A DNA stretch of 64,000 nt, from NCBI GenBank assembly GCA_018676675.1, contig JABHEG010000146.1:1207-65206 (forward strand), written 5' to 3'. Below, in pieces: positions 56,401-64,000 of the stretch. A model generated the notes under the pieces. That model was not told where the DNA came from, did not search any database, and saw only the letters and a program-made list of their open reading frames with translations. Numbering within the stretch: position 1 is the first letter of the stretch; every line of letters begins with the position of its first letter. The DNA comes from Lentisphaerota bacterium. GTDB taxonomy: Bacteria > Verrucomicrobiota > Lentisphaeria > Oligosphaerales > JABHEG01. The position numbers were made by a program, and so were the translations under genes.

Positions 56401-57916
56401 GCAGTTGACGACACCGCGCGAGTTCAGGACGTGTGAAGCAGACCACATGGTGACCATCGATTTTACCGGCTGGCGCTACGTCGAGTTCCCGTTTCGTGAA
56501 CGTAGCGCTGAACAACACCGCAAGCACGTTTGGCCGTACAGTGGCCTTTACGCGATCTACCGCAATCCGCTCAGGACTGCGACCGTCAACTCCTTCAGCG
56601 TTTACCTCAACAACCTGCCTCCCGGCGAGGAGGCGCGTGTCCTTGTCAGTCCGGTCAGAGCACTGCCGGTACGGAGCGCGCCTCTGACGAAGCCCGCGTT
56701 GATGGTCGCGGGGCGACGAGTCGAGTTTCCCGTCTCCCTTGTCAGCGGGGAGTACCTCGAGGTTGATGAGAATCCCTGGGGAACGCTCTATGATGCGCGC
56801 GGCGCTATCCGGACGCGGTTCCCTCTGCCGGCGGCGTGGCCTGACGTGGATGGCGCCGGGGAACTGGCCCTGCAGTTCGACTGTGTGAGGCCCGAGGGCT
56901 TCAGCGCCCGCGCCGAGATCACGCTGTTCCATCTTGGTGAGGCCTTCGGGACGCGCGCCGGAGAGAGCGGGGGCCTCCGTGAGTACGTTGGGCGCGAGTA
57001 CGTTCGGCCCTTCGAAATCACGGCTGGGGACCGAGCCTGGAATCGCCGTAGGGTGCTCTGCCGGAGTCAAGGGAACGCGCACCTTGAGCTGTCCATTGAG
57101 GCTTTGGCCGGCTCGCGCTTCAGTGCGGCCGCGGAGACCACGGCCAGGTTGGTCGATGCAGGTGCAGACGCGGCTGCGTACGAGCTATCCAAGCAGAACC
57201 GCTACGTCAAGTACGCCTACGACGGCTCGAACCGCGACACTCCCTCGAATCCTGGAGTCAGTGTCACGATCGGGGTGTCGAAGGATGCGAAGGTGGGGAA
57301 TGCGTGTCTCCTGTTCGCGGCGGAGAGCACGCGCCGGGACAGTCGAGGCTGGGGTGCCAAGGGCCGCCACTGCTCTCCCCCGCTCGACCTCTCGAAGCAC
57401 AGGTCTCTGGGCTTCTGGCTGCATGGCGATGGGAAGGGCGAGAGCTTCAAGCTGCAGCTTCACGACACCGCGGGAGCCTGGTTCTCTAAGGTTGTGCCGG
57501 TGGACTTCGTGGGCTGGCGACGCATCACCTGTGATCTCCTGGAGAGTGGGATCAATCTGAGCGCCGTCGAGTACATTCTCCTCTTCTACAACAACATTCC
57601 CGCTGGAACGCGGGTGGCCTGCCGGTTTGACGAACTGCGAGCACTTGGGGATGTCGCCGGAATCCCAGCCCCCGCAGTGACCGTGAACGGCCAGACGATT
57701 TCGTTTCCCGTCGATCTTGGCCTCAGTCAGTCGTTGTCGTGGTCAGGCGGTGAGACCGCTCAGGTTCTGGACGGCCACGGGCAAGAGATAACCCAAGTGC
57801 GCATTGTCGGGGCTCTCCCCAGGCTTCAACCGGGTCTGAACGAGGTCGGTTTCTCGTTCCCGGCTACCGCTCCTCTGGAGGCCCGGGCGAAAGTGCGCCT
57901 CGTCAAAGTCTACTGA
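53444..57916 (+). CDS. Very large secreted protein: LamG + GH-like TIM barrel + duplicated CBM-like domains
   Basis: WVHLAAV...YVDG...GLIDDVKIY (LamG); RFPKGMDDLK..VD.IHAAGLRAGMH and YQDGSE (GH27/36-like); two LGFW.HGDGKGE domains. Confidence 0.72.
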   Translation: MPNVSTVLRLPVFVGVLWLACLGGLHADAAELVGHWACDGLDDVALIDSSPAARDGDLLGARRARGAFGTALHFDGKNASAILPVLPELDGSDALTVQAWVLWEGTGRYPNILTGGQWSPGGFMIFVRDRECSFRMGRPGHKHGRPGDQWLEVGVPFLKELPLRRWVHLAAVFERPRITTYVDGKQVATSRWDHCVGVAGDMKLGKWLGHETHSGLIDDVKIYAAARTPAQIAADIAATNAGRESTAYEIVNIDVSALPRLAVLENKLARLEIGERGRILSITERESGRELLDSPAPLATVTVGSSRLVPRSCTRIGDRFDIVFSRNKGSASLRVTTAETYFRIEVLGVKPETATSIGLLPIVPTCSERRGAMASMASDEASGICIRALNLQTNVAAPVPGRAFSASASGTYGMVGAKVALVAGPIGHMKEALQQVALEEGIPVSRLGGPFSMDAEANRGSYVFAHVTTKNVDRWIETARRGGFDCIHFQSGWHKSLGHYEINTSRFPKGMDDLKATVDRIHAAGLRAGMHTLTGCISTRDSWVSPVPDPRLKADASYTLAKPIGAATDVVYVNELPAKHDVVWTYSSDGNALRVGSEMIQYGAVVREKPYAFMECKRGAFKTEASAHPTGTAVDHLLQRYLAFYPDETTDLVGELSDCIANAYNTCGFDQIYQDGSEGMRGWHPVAVIRSEIYRRLKRPALVEASCGGHFSWWFHSRRGAWDHPKWAPKRFTDRHVESVTRWRTHDLLEPHMGWWALIGPSSHHRGMFPDEVEYLVGKTLGIDASMSVQGVRVDGRKANARQEEYFTLLGWYEKLRLARWFDDATQARLRELGAEFRLRQDDRGSWQFYPLQASKHRVTAMGNGSEAWMVRNPYGKQPLRVRLEALYAVDPYDSPRGTEITDFAGVATAWTLQEAKGVSQAVNLTTDMVKVGAQSLQITARNETETRRGAWTRARRTFEPYLNLGPAKALGFWVHGDGKGEVLNLQLTTPREFRTCEADHMVTIDFTGWRYVEFPFRERSAEQHRKHVWPYSGLYAIYRNPLRTATVNSFSVYLNNLPPGEEARVLVSPVRALPVRSAPLTKPALMVAGRRVEFPVSLVSGEYLEVDENPWGTLYDARGAIRTRFPLPAAWPDVDGAGELALQFDCVRPEGFSARAEITLFHLGEAFGTRAGESGGLREYVGREYVRPFEITAGDRAWNRRRVLCRSQGNAHLELSIEALAGSRFSAAAETTARLVDAGADAAAYELSKQNRYVKYAYDGSNRDTPSNPGVSVTIGVSKDAKVGNACLLFAAESTRRDSRGWGAKGRHCSPPLDLSKHRSLGFWLHGDGKGESFKLQLHDTAGAWFSKVVPVDFVGWRRITCDLLESGINLSAVEYILLFYNNIPAGTRVACRFDELRALGDVAGIPAPAVTVNGQTISFPVDLGLSQSLSWSGGETAQVLDGHGQEITQVRIVGALPRLQPGLNEVGFSFPATAPLEARAKVRLVKVY

Positions 57917-57953
57917 TGCCCTTCGGTGGGCTAAACTCAGAAAGGGTGCCACG

Positions 57954-58583
57954 GTGGAAATTGCCAGCAAACCACGGTCTACGGTCGGCGGCGCAGTCGT
58001 TGCTCTATTCCTGGCCTGTGCATCCCTCCGCGCGGGGCCTCCTGCCGGGGCCTCACCGGGCGCTACCGCGGAGTTCACCTTTGACCAAGGCGTTGACGGG
58101 TGGGTGGGGATCTACACCGATCCGGTAGCAGCCCTCCCCGACGGTGACGGCAGTTCGCGATGCCTCGTACTGAAGACCGAAAGCCCTGTCAACCGCGAGT
58201 ACGTCTCCCCCATGTTCGCCGTTCAGAGCACGCACAAGTACAGGATCAGTGCGCGCATTCGAGTCGACACGTTTGGCGATGGGCAGTCGCCTCTGACCAT
58301 CAACATGCTCTGGTTTCTGAAACCTGCGGAGATCCACAATTTCGGAGGCTGGAATGTCTTCCGTCTTGTGGCGGAAGATGAGCCGCGCACCTTCGGCTGG
58401 CGGCGGGTCCAGGCCGTGATTGAGATTCCACACCGGCCCTGGATGAAGCTGCCTATCACCCACGCCCGGATCCAGGTGCGCAACTACCGCACGGTCGGGA
58501 CAGCCTACGTTGACGACATCCGGGTTGAGCCAGCGGCTCCCGACGCCGTGTCCGGCAACCGAGACTCGCGGACAGGTATTTGA
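57954..58583 (+). CDS. Small secreted CBM-like (galactose-binding fold) protein
   Basis: Signal peptide; FDQGVDGW, YRISARIR, GWRRV and GTAYVDDIRVE. Confidence 0.65.
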   Translation: MEIASKPRSTVGGAVVALFLACASLRAGPPAGASPGATAEFTFDQGVDGWVGIYTDPVAALPDGDGSSRCLVLKTESPVNREYVSPMFAVQSTHKYRISARIRVDTFGDGQSPLTINMLWFLKPAEIHNFGGWNVFRLVAEDEPRTFGWRRVQAVIEIPHRPWMKLPITHARIQVRNYRTVGTAYVDDIRVEPAAPDAVSGNRDSRTGI

Positions 58584-58648
58584 GGCAGGTACTTCCCATC
58601 AAGGCTCCGTCTATGTCACGAACAACGTTCCAGAGGAAACGCGCGACG

Positions 58649-61600
58649 ATGATAGCCGTGCGATGGCTTTCCGTCGGCCTCGCCTGGGCGGCACTTCCCC
58701 ATGGTCTTTTGGCTGGCCCGACCGCAGGACCATTCGCCTGGAAAGACGTGCCCGTCTTCACGTCTGAGTTCTCCCGGACGTCCGGCCTGACGCGGATTCC
58801 CCTTCACGTTGACACGGGGAAGCTGGACTACCCCCAGGGCTTCCCGGTATCGGGTGGCGTTCCTCTCCCCAGGGGCGAGCTCACCTCCATTGCCCACGCC
58901 CGTGTCTTCAGCCCCTCCAACCGTGGAATCTCGTCACAGCTTCGGCCCCTGGCCTTCTGGCCGGATATGAGCATCAAGTGGCTGCTCGTGGAGTTCCGTC
59001 TGCAGGGCAAAGCGACGTGTCCCGTCTATCATCTCGAGTATGGAGCGGAGGTTGAAGCCACTGTCGTTGATGCCCCGATCACTGTTGTCGACAGTGTCGA
59101 CCGACTCGTGATCGACACCGGCACGCTGAAAGCCGAGATCGGTAAGGGCACAGGGAGCCTGATCGACCAGCTCTGGCTCGACCGTGATGGAGACGGTGCC
59201 TACCGTGTGGAGGAGGTTGTGTTGACGTCCCCGGTCGATTCCTATGTGCATCTGCGCGATCCGTTCGGCGACCGAAGCGGGTTCTATTCCACCTTGGCTG
59301 ACACCGAGAGCGATGTCCGTATCGAGAAGTCCGGGTCAGAGGAAGTGACGGTTCTCGTCAAGGCGTGGCATCGCGACGGCAAAGGCCGCCAGAGTTGTCC
59401 GGTCGACGCCCGACTTACGTTTTATCGTGGGCGCAATGACGTCCGGATTTACCACACGTTCCATGTCAGCGAAGACGGTAACACCATCACGTTCCCGTCG
59501 TTTGGCCTCCGGATTCCCGTTGGAGCCGCATCCCGCATCGCGGCTGGCGTTGATCACAGTCCAGTCCTCGCAGCGGGCGACAGATTCGAGCTCTATCAGG
59601 ATTCTCGTGAGTCGTATTGGTACCCGAAAATGGACCAGTTTGATCCCTATTGCCGGGGACGAGTCGACGGCCGGGACGTGTTCGAAGGCGACAGATGCGA
59701 CGGCTGGGTCCAGCTGCGCCAGAACGATCGTTCATTGACGGTGTCTCTTGTTGAGGCCTGGCAGAATTTCCCGAAGGCATTCACGTTCGCAGATGGGGTC
59801 TTGCGCGTCGAGCTCTGGCCTTACGCCAAAGACGAGCCCATGTGTTTCCGGCGCTTTGACCAGTCTCTGCCGCCACATTACACCATTTTCCAGGAAGGCG
59901 AGAGTCGCCACCTGCGTGGGTTCGAGTACGAACTGCGCTGCTACCGCAACCGGACCGAGGACTGGGAACGGTTCAGCGGTACGGGCTTTGGCCTGGCCAA
60001 GTCCCACGACATTACCCTGAGCTTCGGTTCCACAGACGCGGATGGCGCCCAGGCCGCAGAGCTGGCATTCCGGCCCCTGCTCCCTTTCGTCTCCGGTGCC
60101 TGGAACAGTTTTACCGGGGTCTCCGGCAACTTCCACCCCGAGGACCGAGTGAACTTCCCGGCATTCGAGACCTCGTGGGACAGGCGAGTCGAGGCACTCA
60201 GGAAGCTGCAGACGGAGTGGTTCAATTGGTATGGCATGTGGCATTGGGGGGATTTCCAGAGCCACTACAAGGGGGCGGGAGACCGCTGGGGTGAGCGGCG
60301 TTGGACGAATTTCGACTCCAAATACGGCTGGCGCAACGGAGGCATGGCAATCCCCTTCGGGTTCACGATGAGATACTTGCGGAGTGGACGCCGCGACGCT
60401 TGGGAGATGGCCCGGCAGGTGACCGTCAAACACATGGATGTGTCCAGCTCCCACCCCAGGGCCTGGGAGGAAGGGCGATTGGTTTCCCCTGAACAGATGG
60501 CTGACACGCAGTTCCCCTGGGTCGGCGGCGGCATCCGCTACAACTCCGATGGCTGGGGCACGGTGGGCTATGGCTACGATTCGCAACACACGTGGCTGAT
60601 CGGGGTCGCACAGCACTTTTACCTGACCGGGAACTTCCGGGCACGAGATGTCATCGAGGAGTACATCGAGGCCGTCGACAAGGGCTGTAAGTTCCTCAAC
60701 ATCAAACGACGAAGCGGGCGTTTCTACCCGACCCATGCCCGCACGGTCGACATGACCAGTACGGTGGCCGCGATCGGCTACGAGCTCGACCCTCGAAGTG
60801 AACGTAATCGCGAGATTTTCGACTACATGGTCTGGCATCAGACCAAGGGCATGGCCTCCCTCAAAGCCGACGAGAAGGGAGTCTGCTACCACTCGGACAT
60901 CAACGCGGCGATCGGCTGGTACTACACGTTGTACAAGGGCATAAACATCATGTACATGCTGGCCGTCGACCCGCGTCCGGAGCTGGTCGAAGCCGTGTTG
61001 GCCGGACACCCTGAGAGCTTCATGCTGACTCCCCCCGCTGGTGGAGCTTTCCACGCGCTCTGTTACCAGTACGGAAGAAACCGGAACTTCGCCAAGATGG
61101 CAGCCCGCTGCCTCCGCTATGGAGGATTGGCCACCGGCACTGAGTTGCGCATGGAAGATGCGCTCCCACCTTTTGATTACGGCTACAGCCTGCTCGAGAA
61201 CTACTATACGCAACGGGCCGCCTACGATGCACGGCTCCACACACATCCCACAGCGTTGTCAAACTCGGCCCGCATCGGTTACGCCACGGGCGCCCGTGGT
61301 CCGGACAACGATCCCGTCGGCGACACCGTGCGTTTCGTGCCGATCGATCTCCGTTCGCTTGTCAACGCAGACCCCTTCGGCGGCGCTGCTCCGGTTGTCG
61401 CCAACGAAGACTTCAGCGCGGGGCCCGTCCGACTCGATTTTGGCCCGAGAGGGCGCCTGGAACCGGGCTGGTTACCCTCTGACAAGCGCTGCTATTACCC
61501 CTCCACCAAGGCGCATCGCGATCCGGATACGACCTTCTCGACACTCCCCTTTGGTTCCACTGTCCAGATGAGAGGGATCGATTTTTCCCTGCCTAATCCG

Positions 61601-62893
61601 CGAAGGAATGGTGGACGCGCCCTGTTGATTGTGCGCAAGGCAACGCACATCCCTATTGGGCTGAAAGCGCGACAGCTCTATATCCTCACAGGACCCGCTG
61701 ACACACGGGACATCTACCATCGTGAGCCGGGCGTGACGTACACCGTTCGCTTCAGCGACGGGACGGCCGTTTCGGGCGAGCTGGAGAACATGACCCACTA
61801 CCAGTCCCGTTACCTCCAGCCGCGGCTCACCAGCGAGGCCCTCTATGGCGGATCCCCAAGCAGCTACCACCTCTCTGTCGTCCCCATTGATTGCCCCCGC
61901 ACCGACGTCGTCGGGCTGGAGTTGCGGCCCGTGGAAGGTGCTCAGATTGGCTTGAACGTTTTCGCGGTCACGGCAGCTGTTGCCGATCCCCGTCCTCGGA
62001 CATGGCGCATGCGCGATCTGAACCTGGGGACATCGGGTGCAACATTTAGCCGTGACGCGGCCGTGGTCGGCACCACACGGTGCTCTGATCAACGGATCGA
62101 CTACCGGCGTGACGTCCCGAACGGTGAGTTCATGCTGCAGTTCACCGCGTCGTCGAGTTTGACCGGTTGCCCGATGGCCGTGTATGTGAACGGTGTGGAG
62201 GCGTTCACGAGATCCGCGCTGGCTGCGCGCACCACCTATCAAGTGCCTGTCAGGATCACCGGTGGGACGCTTCAGTTGACCCTCATCCCCGGGGAGTTGC
62301 ACACCAAGGCTGTCAACGGGGTGGCGACTGTGACGCTGCACGATGTGTCGTTGGCAGACATCCCGAATTCAGCTTTCGTGCCGGTTCTTGAGCCGGGAGC
62401 GGGGGCCGCGAAAAGACCCCTGATTTACGGCTGGCGGCTGCGTGGTGAACGGGCCATCCTGCGGCACTGTGACATGCTGGACCTGAAACCCATGGCAGAC
62501 ACTTACCACCCCGCCGCTAACCGCGTCGAGGATGACAGTGTCTACATGATTACTGGCGGAACCATGCGGGGAGAGTTTATTGTCGATGACGTGCCGCCCG
62601 GAATGTATAGAGTAACGGTCTGGATGAACACCCACGGCATCTCCAGCAAAGTTGATCTGCGAATCGAGGGCGACGTGCTGGAGAATCAGGCACTCACTTC
62701 AGCTCAGAACAACCCCAAGCCCTACAACACGACGGCCGGCATCGACCACCCGTTTGCAGCCACCGTCCAGATCACGGACGGGCAGCTGAATGTGGTCATC
62801 GATACCTCCCGGGAGCAGGGGCACTACGTGCTGGGAACGTGGCACGTCGCCGGCCTGGAGATTGCGCGGCGGGAATCAGTCGAGACGCAATGA
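58649..62893 (+). CDS. Secreted PcRGLX/YetA-like (exo-rhamnogalacturonan lyase-like) protein with C-terminal beta-sandwich domains
   Basis: PVSGGVPLPRGEL...Q.RPLAFWPD.SIKWLLV; WQNFPK; G.AKSH; WYGMWHWGD; HMDV. Start uncertain (58580, 58613 or 58649). Confidence 0.72.
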   Translation: MIAVRWLSVGLAWAALPHGLLAGPTAGPFAWKDVPVFTSEFSRTSGLTRIPLHVDTGKLDYPQGFPVSGGVPLPRGELTSIAHARVFSPSNRGISSQLRPLAFWPDMSIKWLLVEFRLQGKATCPVYHLEYGAEVEATVVDAPITVVDSVDRLVIDTGTLKAEIGKGTGSLIDQLWLDRDGDGAYRVEEVVLTSPVDSYVHLRDPFGDRSGFYSTLADTESDVRIEKSGSEEVTVLVKAWHRDGKGRQSCPVDARLTFYRGRNDVRIYHTFHVSEDGNTITFPSFGLRIPVGAASRIAAGVDHSPVLAAGDRFELYQDSRESYWYPKMDQFDPYCRGRVDGRDVFEGDRCDGWVQLRQNDRSLTVSLVEAWQNFPKAFTFADGVLRVELWPYAKDEPMCFRRFDQSLPPHYTIFQEGESRHLRGFEYELRCYRNRTEDWERFSGTGFGLAKSHDITLSFGSTDADGAQAAELAFRPLLPFVSGAWNSFTGVSGNFHPEDRVNFPAFETSWDRRVEALRKLQTEWFNWYGMWHWGDFQSHYKGAGDRWGERRWTNFDSKYGWRNGGMAIPFGFTMRYLRSGRRDAWEMARQVTVKHMDVSSSHPRAWEEGRLVSPEQMADTQFPWVGGGIRYNSDGWGTVGYGYDSQHTWLIGVAQHFYLTGNFRARDVIEEYIEAVDKGCKFLNIKRRSGRFYPTHARTVDMTSTVAAIGYELDPRSERNREIFDYMVWHQTKGMASLKADEKGVCYHSDINAAIGWYYTLYKGINIMYMLAVDPRPELVEAVLAGHPESFMLTPPAGGAFHALCYQYGRNRNFAKMAARCLRYGGLATGTELRMEDALPPFDYGYSLLENYYTQRAAYDARLHTHPTALSNSARIGYATGARGPDNDPVGDTVRFVPIDLRSLVNADPFGGAAPVVANEDFSAGPVRLDFGPRGRLEPGWLPSDKRCYYPSTKAHRDPDTTFSTLPFGSTVQMRGIDFSLPNPRRNGGRALLIVRKATHIPIGLKARQLYILTGPADTRDIYHREPGVTYTVRFSDGTAVSGELENMTHYQSRYLQPRLTSEALYGGSPSSYHLSVVPIDCPRTDVVGLELRPVEGAQIGLNVFAVTAAVADPRPRTWRMRDLNLGTSGATFSRDAAVVGTTRCSDQRIDYRRDVPNGEFMLQFTASSSLTGCPMAVYVNGVEAFTRSALAARTTYQVPVRITGGTLQLTLIPGELHTKAVNGVATVTLHDVSLADIPNSAFVPVLEPGAGAAKRPLIYGWRLRGERAILRHCDMLDLKPMADTYHPAANRVEDDSVYMITGGTMRGEFIVDDVPPGMYRVTVWMNTHGISSKVDLRIEGDVLENQALTSAQNNPKPYNTTAGIDHPFAATVQITDGQLNVVIDTSREQGHYVLGTWHVAGLEIARRESVETQ

Positions 62894-62954
62894 GGAAGAC
62901 CATCGAAACAGCTGGCCTACCGGTAACTGACGACACCAGGAAAAGGAAATGCCC

Positions 62955-64000
62955 ATGATGTTCTCGAGAAGCTCCATCGGTATCCTGGGGGTCGCAGTGG
63001 CCTTCAGCATGACGGCGTCGCAGGCGCAGGATCTCGGCGCAGTCACGACCCCGGGCGCGCACATCCAGCGAACGATGAAATTGCTCGCTGATTCCACGCC
63101 TGAGAAACGCAACCGTGTTCGCGTCTTGTTCTATGGCCAGTCCATCACCTGTCAGTCCTGGTGGCGGGCCGTGGCTAAGGAACTGAAAGAGCGATTCCCC
63201 GCCGCTGATCTGGACATCAAGAACCGGGCCATTGGTGGATTCACCGCGCCGAACCTGATCGCGACAACCGAGTACGACCTCTTCCCGTTCTATCCGGATC
63301 TACTCATTTTCCATGTCTACGGTAGCGCCAAGATGGACAAGTGGGAGGAGATCATCCGTCTCGCCCGGACCCGAACAGCCACCGAGATCCTGCTCTGGAC
63401 GCACCACGATGCGGGTCGCAAGCGGGACTACCCCCAGTCCGAACGCATCCGCGAAATTGCGGTCAAGTACGACTGCGGACTGGTCGATGTGGAGGCGCAG
63501 TGGCAGAAGGTGTTGGCCGAGAAGGGACTCGAACCGAAGGCGTTCCTCAGCGACAGCGTTCATCTGAACAAGGAGGGATGCGCCCTGCTGGCGAGTATGA
63601 TCACGCCGTTTCTGGTCCGCACCTCCAAGTTGATGACGGACCAAAGCCGGGGCCTGGCAGAGGACATCTCCATGGACGATGCCTCCGTCAAGGTGCGCGG
63701 GGATGGCAGTGTGGAACTGGCATTCACGGGCAACCGGATCGATGCCATCGCCCTACCTGGAGTTGGGACTGACGGGCTCGCAGCGGTGACGATCGATGGC
63801 AAGTCTTCGGCCGAAATCGACGGCACGTTCGCCCTCACGCGTCCAAGCAATGCACCGTATACTTGGTTCCCAGCCGTGAAGGTGATCAAGAACAATGCGC
63901 CGCTGGTTGCGGAGAAGTGGACGCTTGAGTTTCTTGAGTTCACGCCTGATGCCTCGGAATTCACCTACAGAGCAACGGGGTCTGTCACCGGCGAGGACGG
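62955..64000 (+). CDS. Secreted SGNH/GDSL hydrolase family protein (5' part; runs off the window)
   Basis: Translated by hand: MMFSRSSIGILGVAVAF...VLFYGQSIT...NRAIGG...YPDLLIFHVYG...SDSVHLN; AAGGA RBS; absent from the ORF track because it has no stop in the window. Confidence 0.8.
   Translation, partial: MMFSRSSIGILGVAVAFSMTASQAQDLGAVTTPGAHIQRTMKLLADSTPEKRNRVRVLFYGQSITCQSWWRAVAKELKERFPAADLDIKNRAIGGFTAPNLIATTEYDLFPFYPDLLIFHVYGSAKMDKWEEIIRLARTRTATEILLWTHHDAGRKRDYPQSERIREIAVKYDCGLVDVEAQWQKVLAEKGLEPKAFLSDSVHLNKEGCALLASMITPFLVRTSKLMTDQSRGLAEDISMDDASVKVRGDGSVELAFTGNRIDAIALPGVGTDGLAAVTIDGKSSAEIDGTFALTRPSNAPYTWFPAVKVIKNNAPLVAEKWTLEFLEFTPDASEFTYRATGSVTGED

Noticed and set aside
59732-61246. 504-aa minus-strand ORF
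   Set aside because: Antisense shadow of the PcRGLX-like gene.

Overview
GC-rich bacterial chromosomal DNA whose gene content resembles PVC-superphylum (Lentisphaerae/Planctomycetes-like) glycan degraders; the taxonomy is inferred, not proven. There are about 35 CDS, including one partial gene at each edge. Most encode large secreted, multi-domain and largely unclassified carbohydrate-active proteins: two heparinase II/III-type lyases, a PcRGLX/YetA-like lyase, two beta-helix proteins, several GH-like TIM barrels, a DUF4838 protein, a BNR propeller and two SGNH esterases. Also present are four Cys-type sulfatases, a nitrilase-family enzyme, a GDPD fusion, a Zn-phospholipase C/S1-P1-like fusion, a Tat FAD oxidoreductase, a Tat sugar epimerase, a URO-D/MtaA-like protein and a spore-photoproduct-lyase-like radical SAM enzyme. 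Two type II toxin-antitoxin pairs and an AAA_14/DUF4143 ATPase are interleaved at 11.8-19.1 kb. I recognised no transporter, sugar regulator, transposase, tRNA/rRNA or CRISPR array. The intergenic DNA is rich in REP-like palindromes. These include a six-copy GTAG repeat family and a 269-bp MITE-like element with terminal inverted repeats, an internal REP doublet and a 29-bp flanking direct repeat that is itself a member of the repeat family. The best system-level candidate is the divergent locus at 39.6-64 kb, where a URO-D/MtaA-like protein and an SPL-like radical SAM enzyme sit within glycan-degradation operons. All product calls come from reading motifs by eye; no searches were run.
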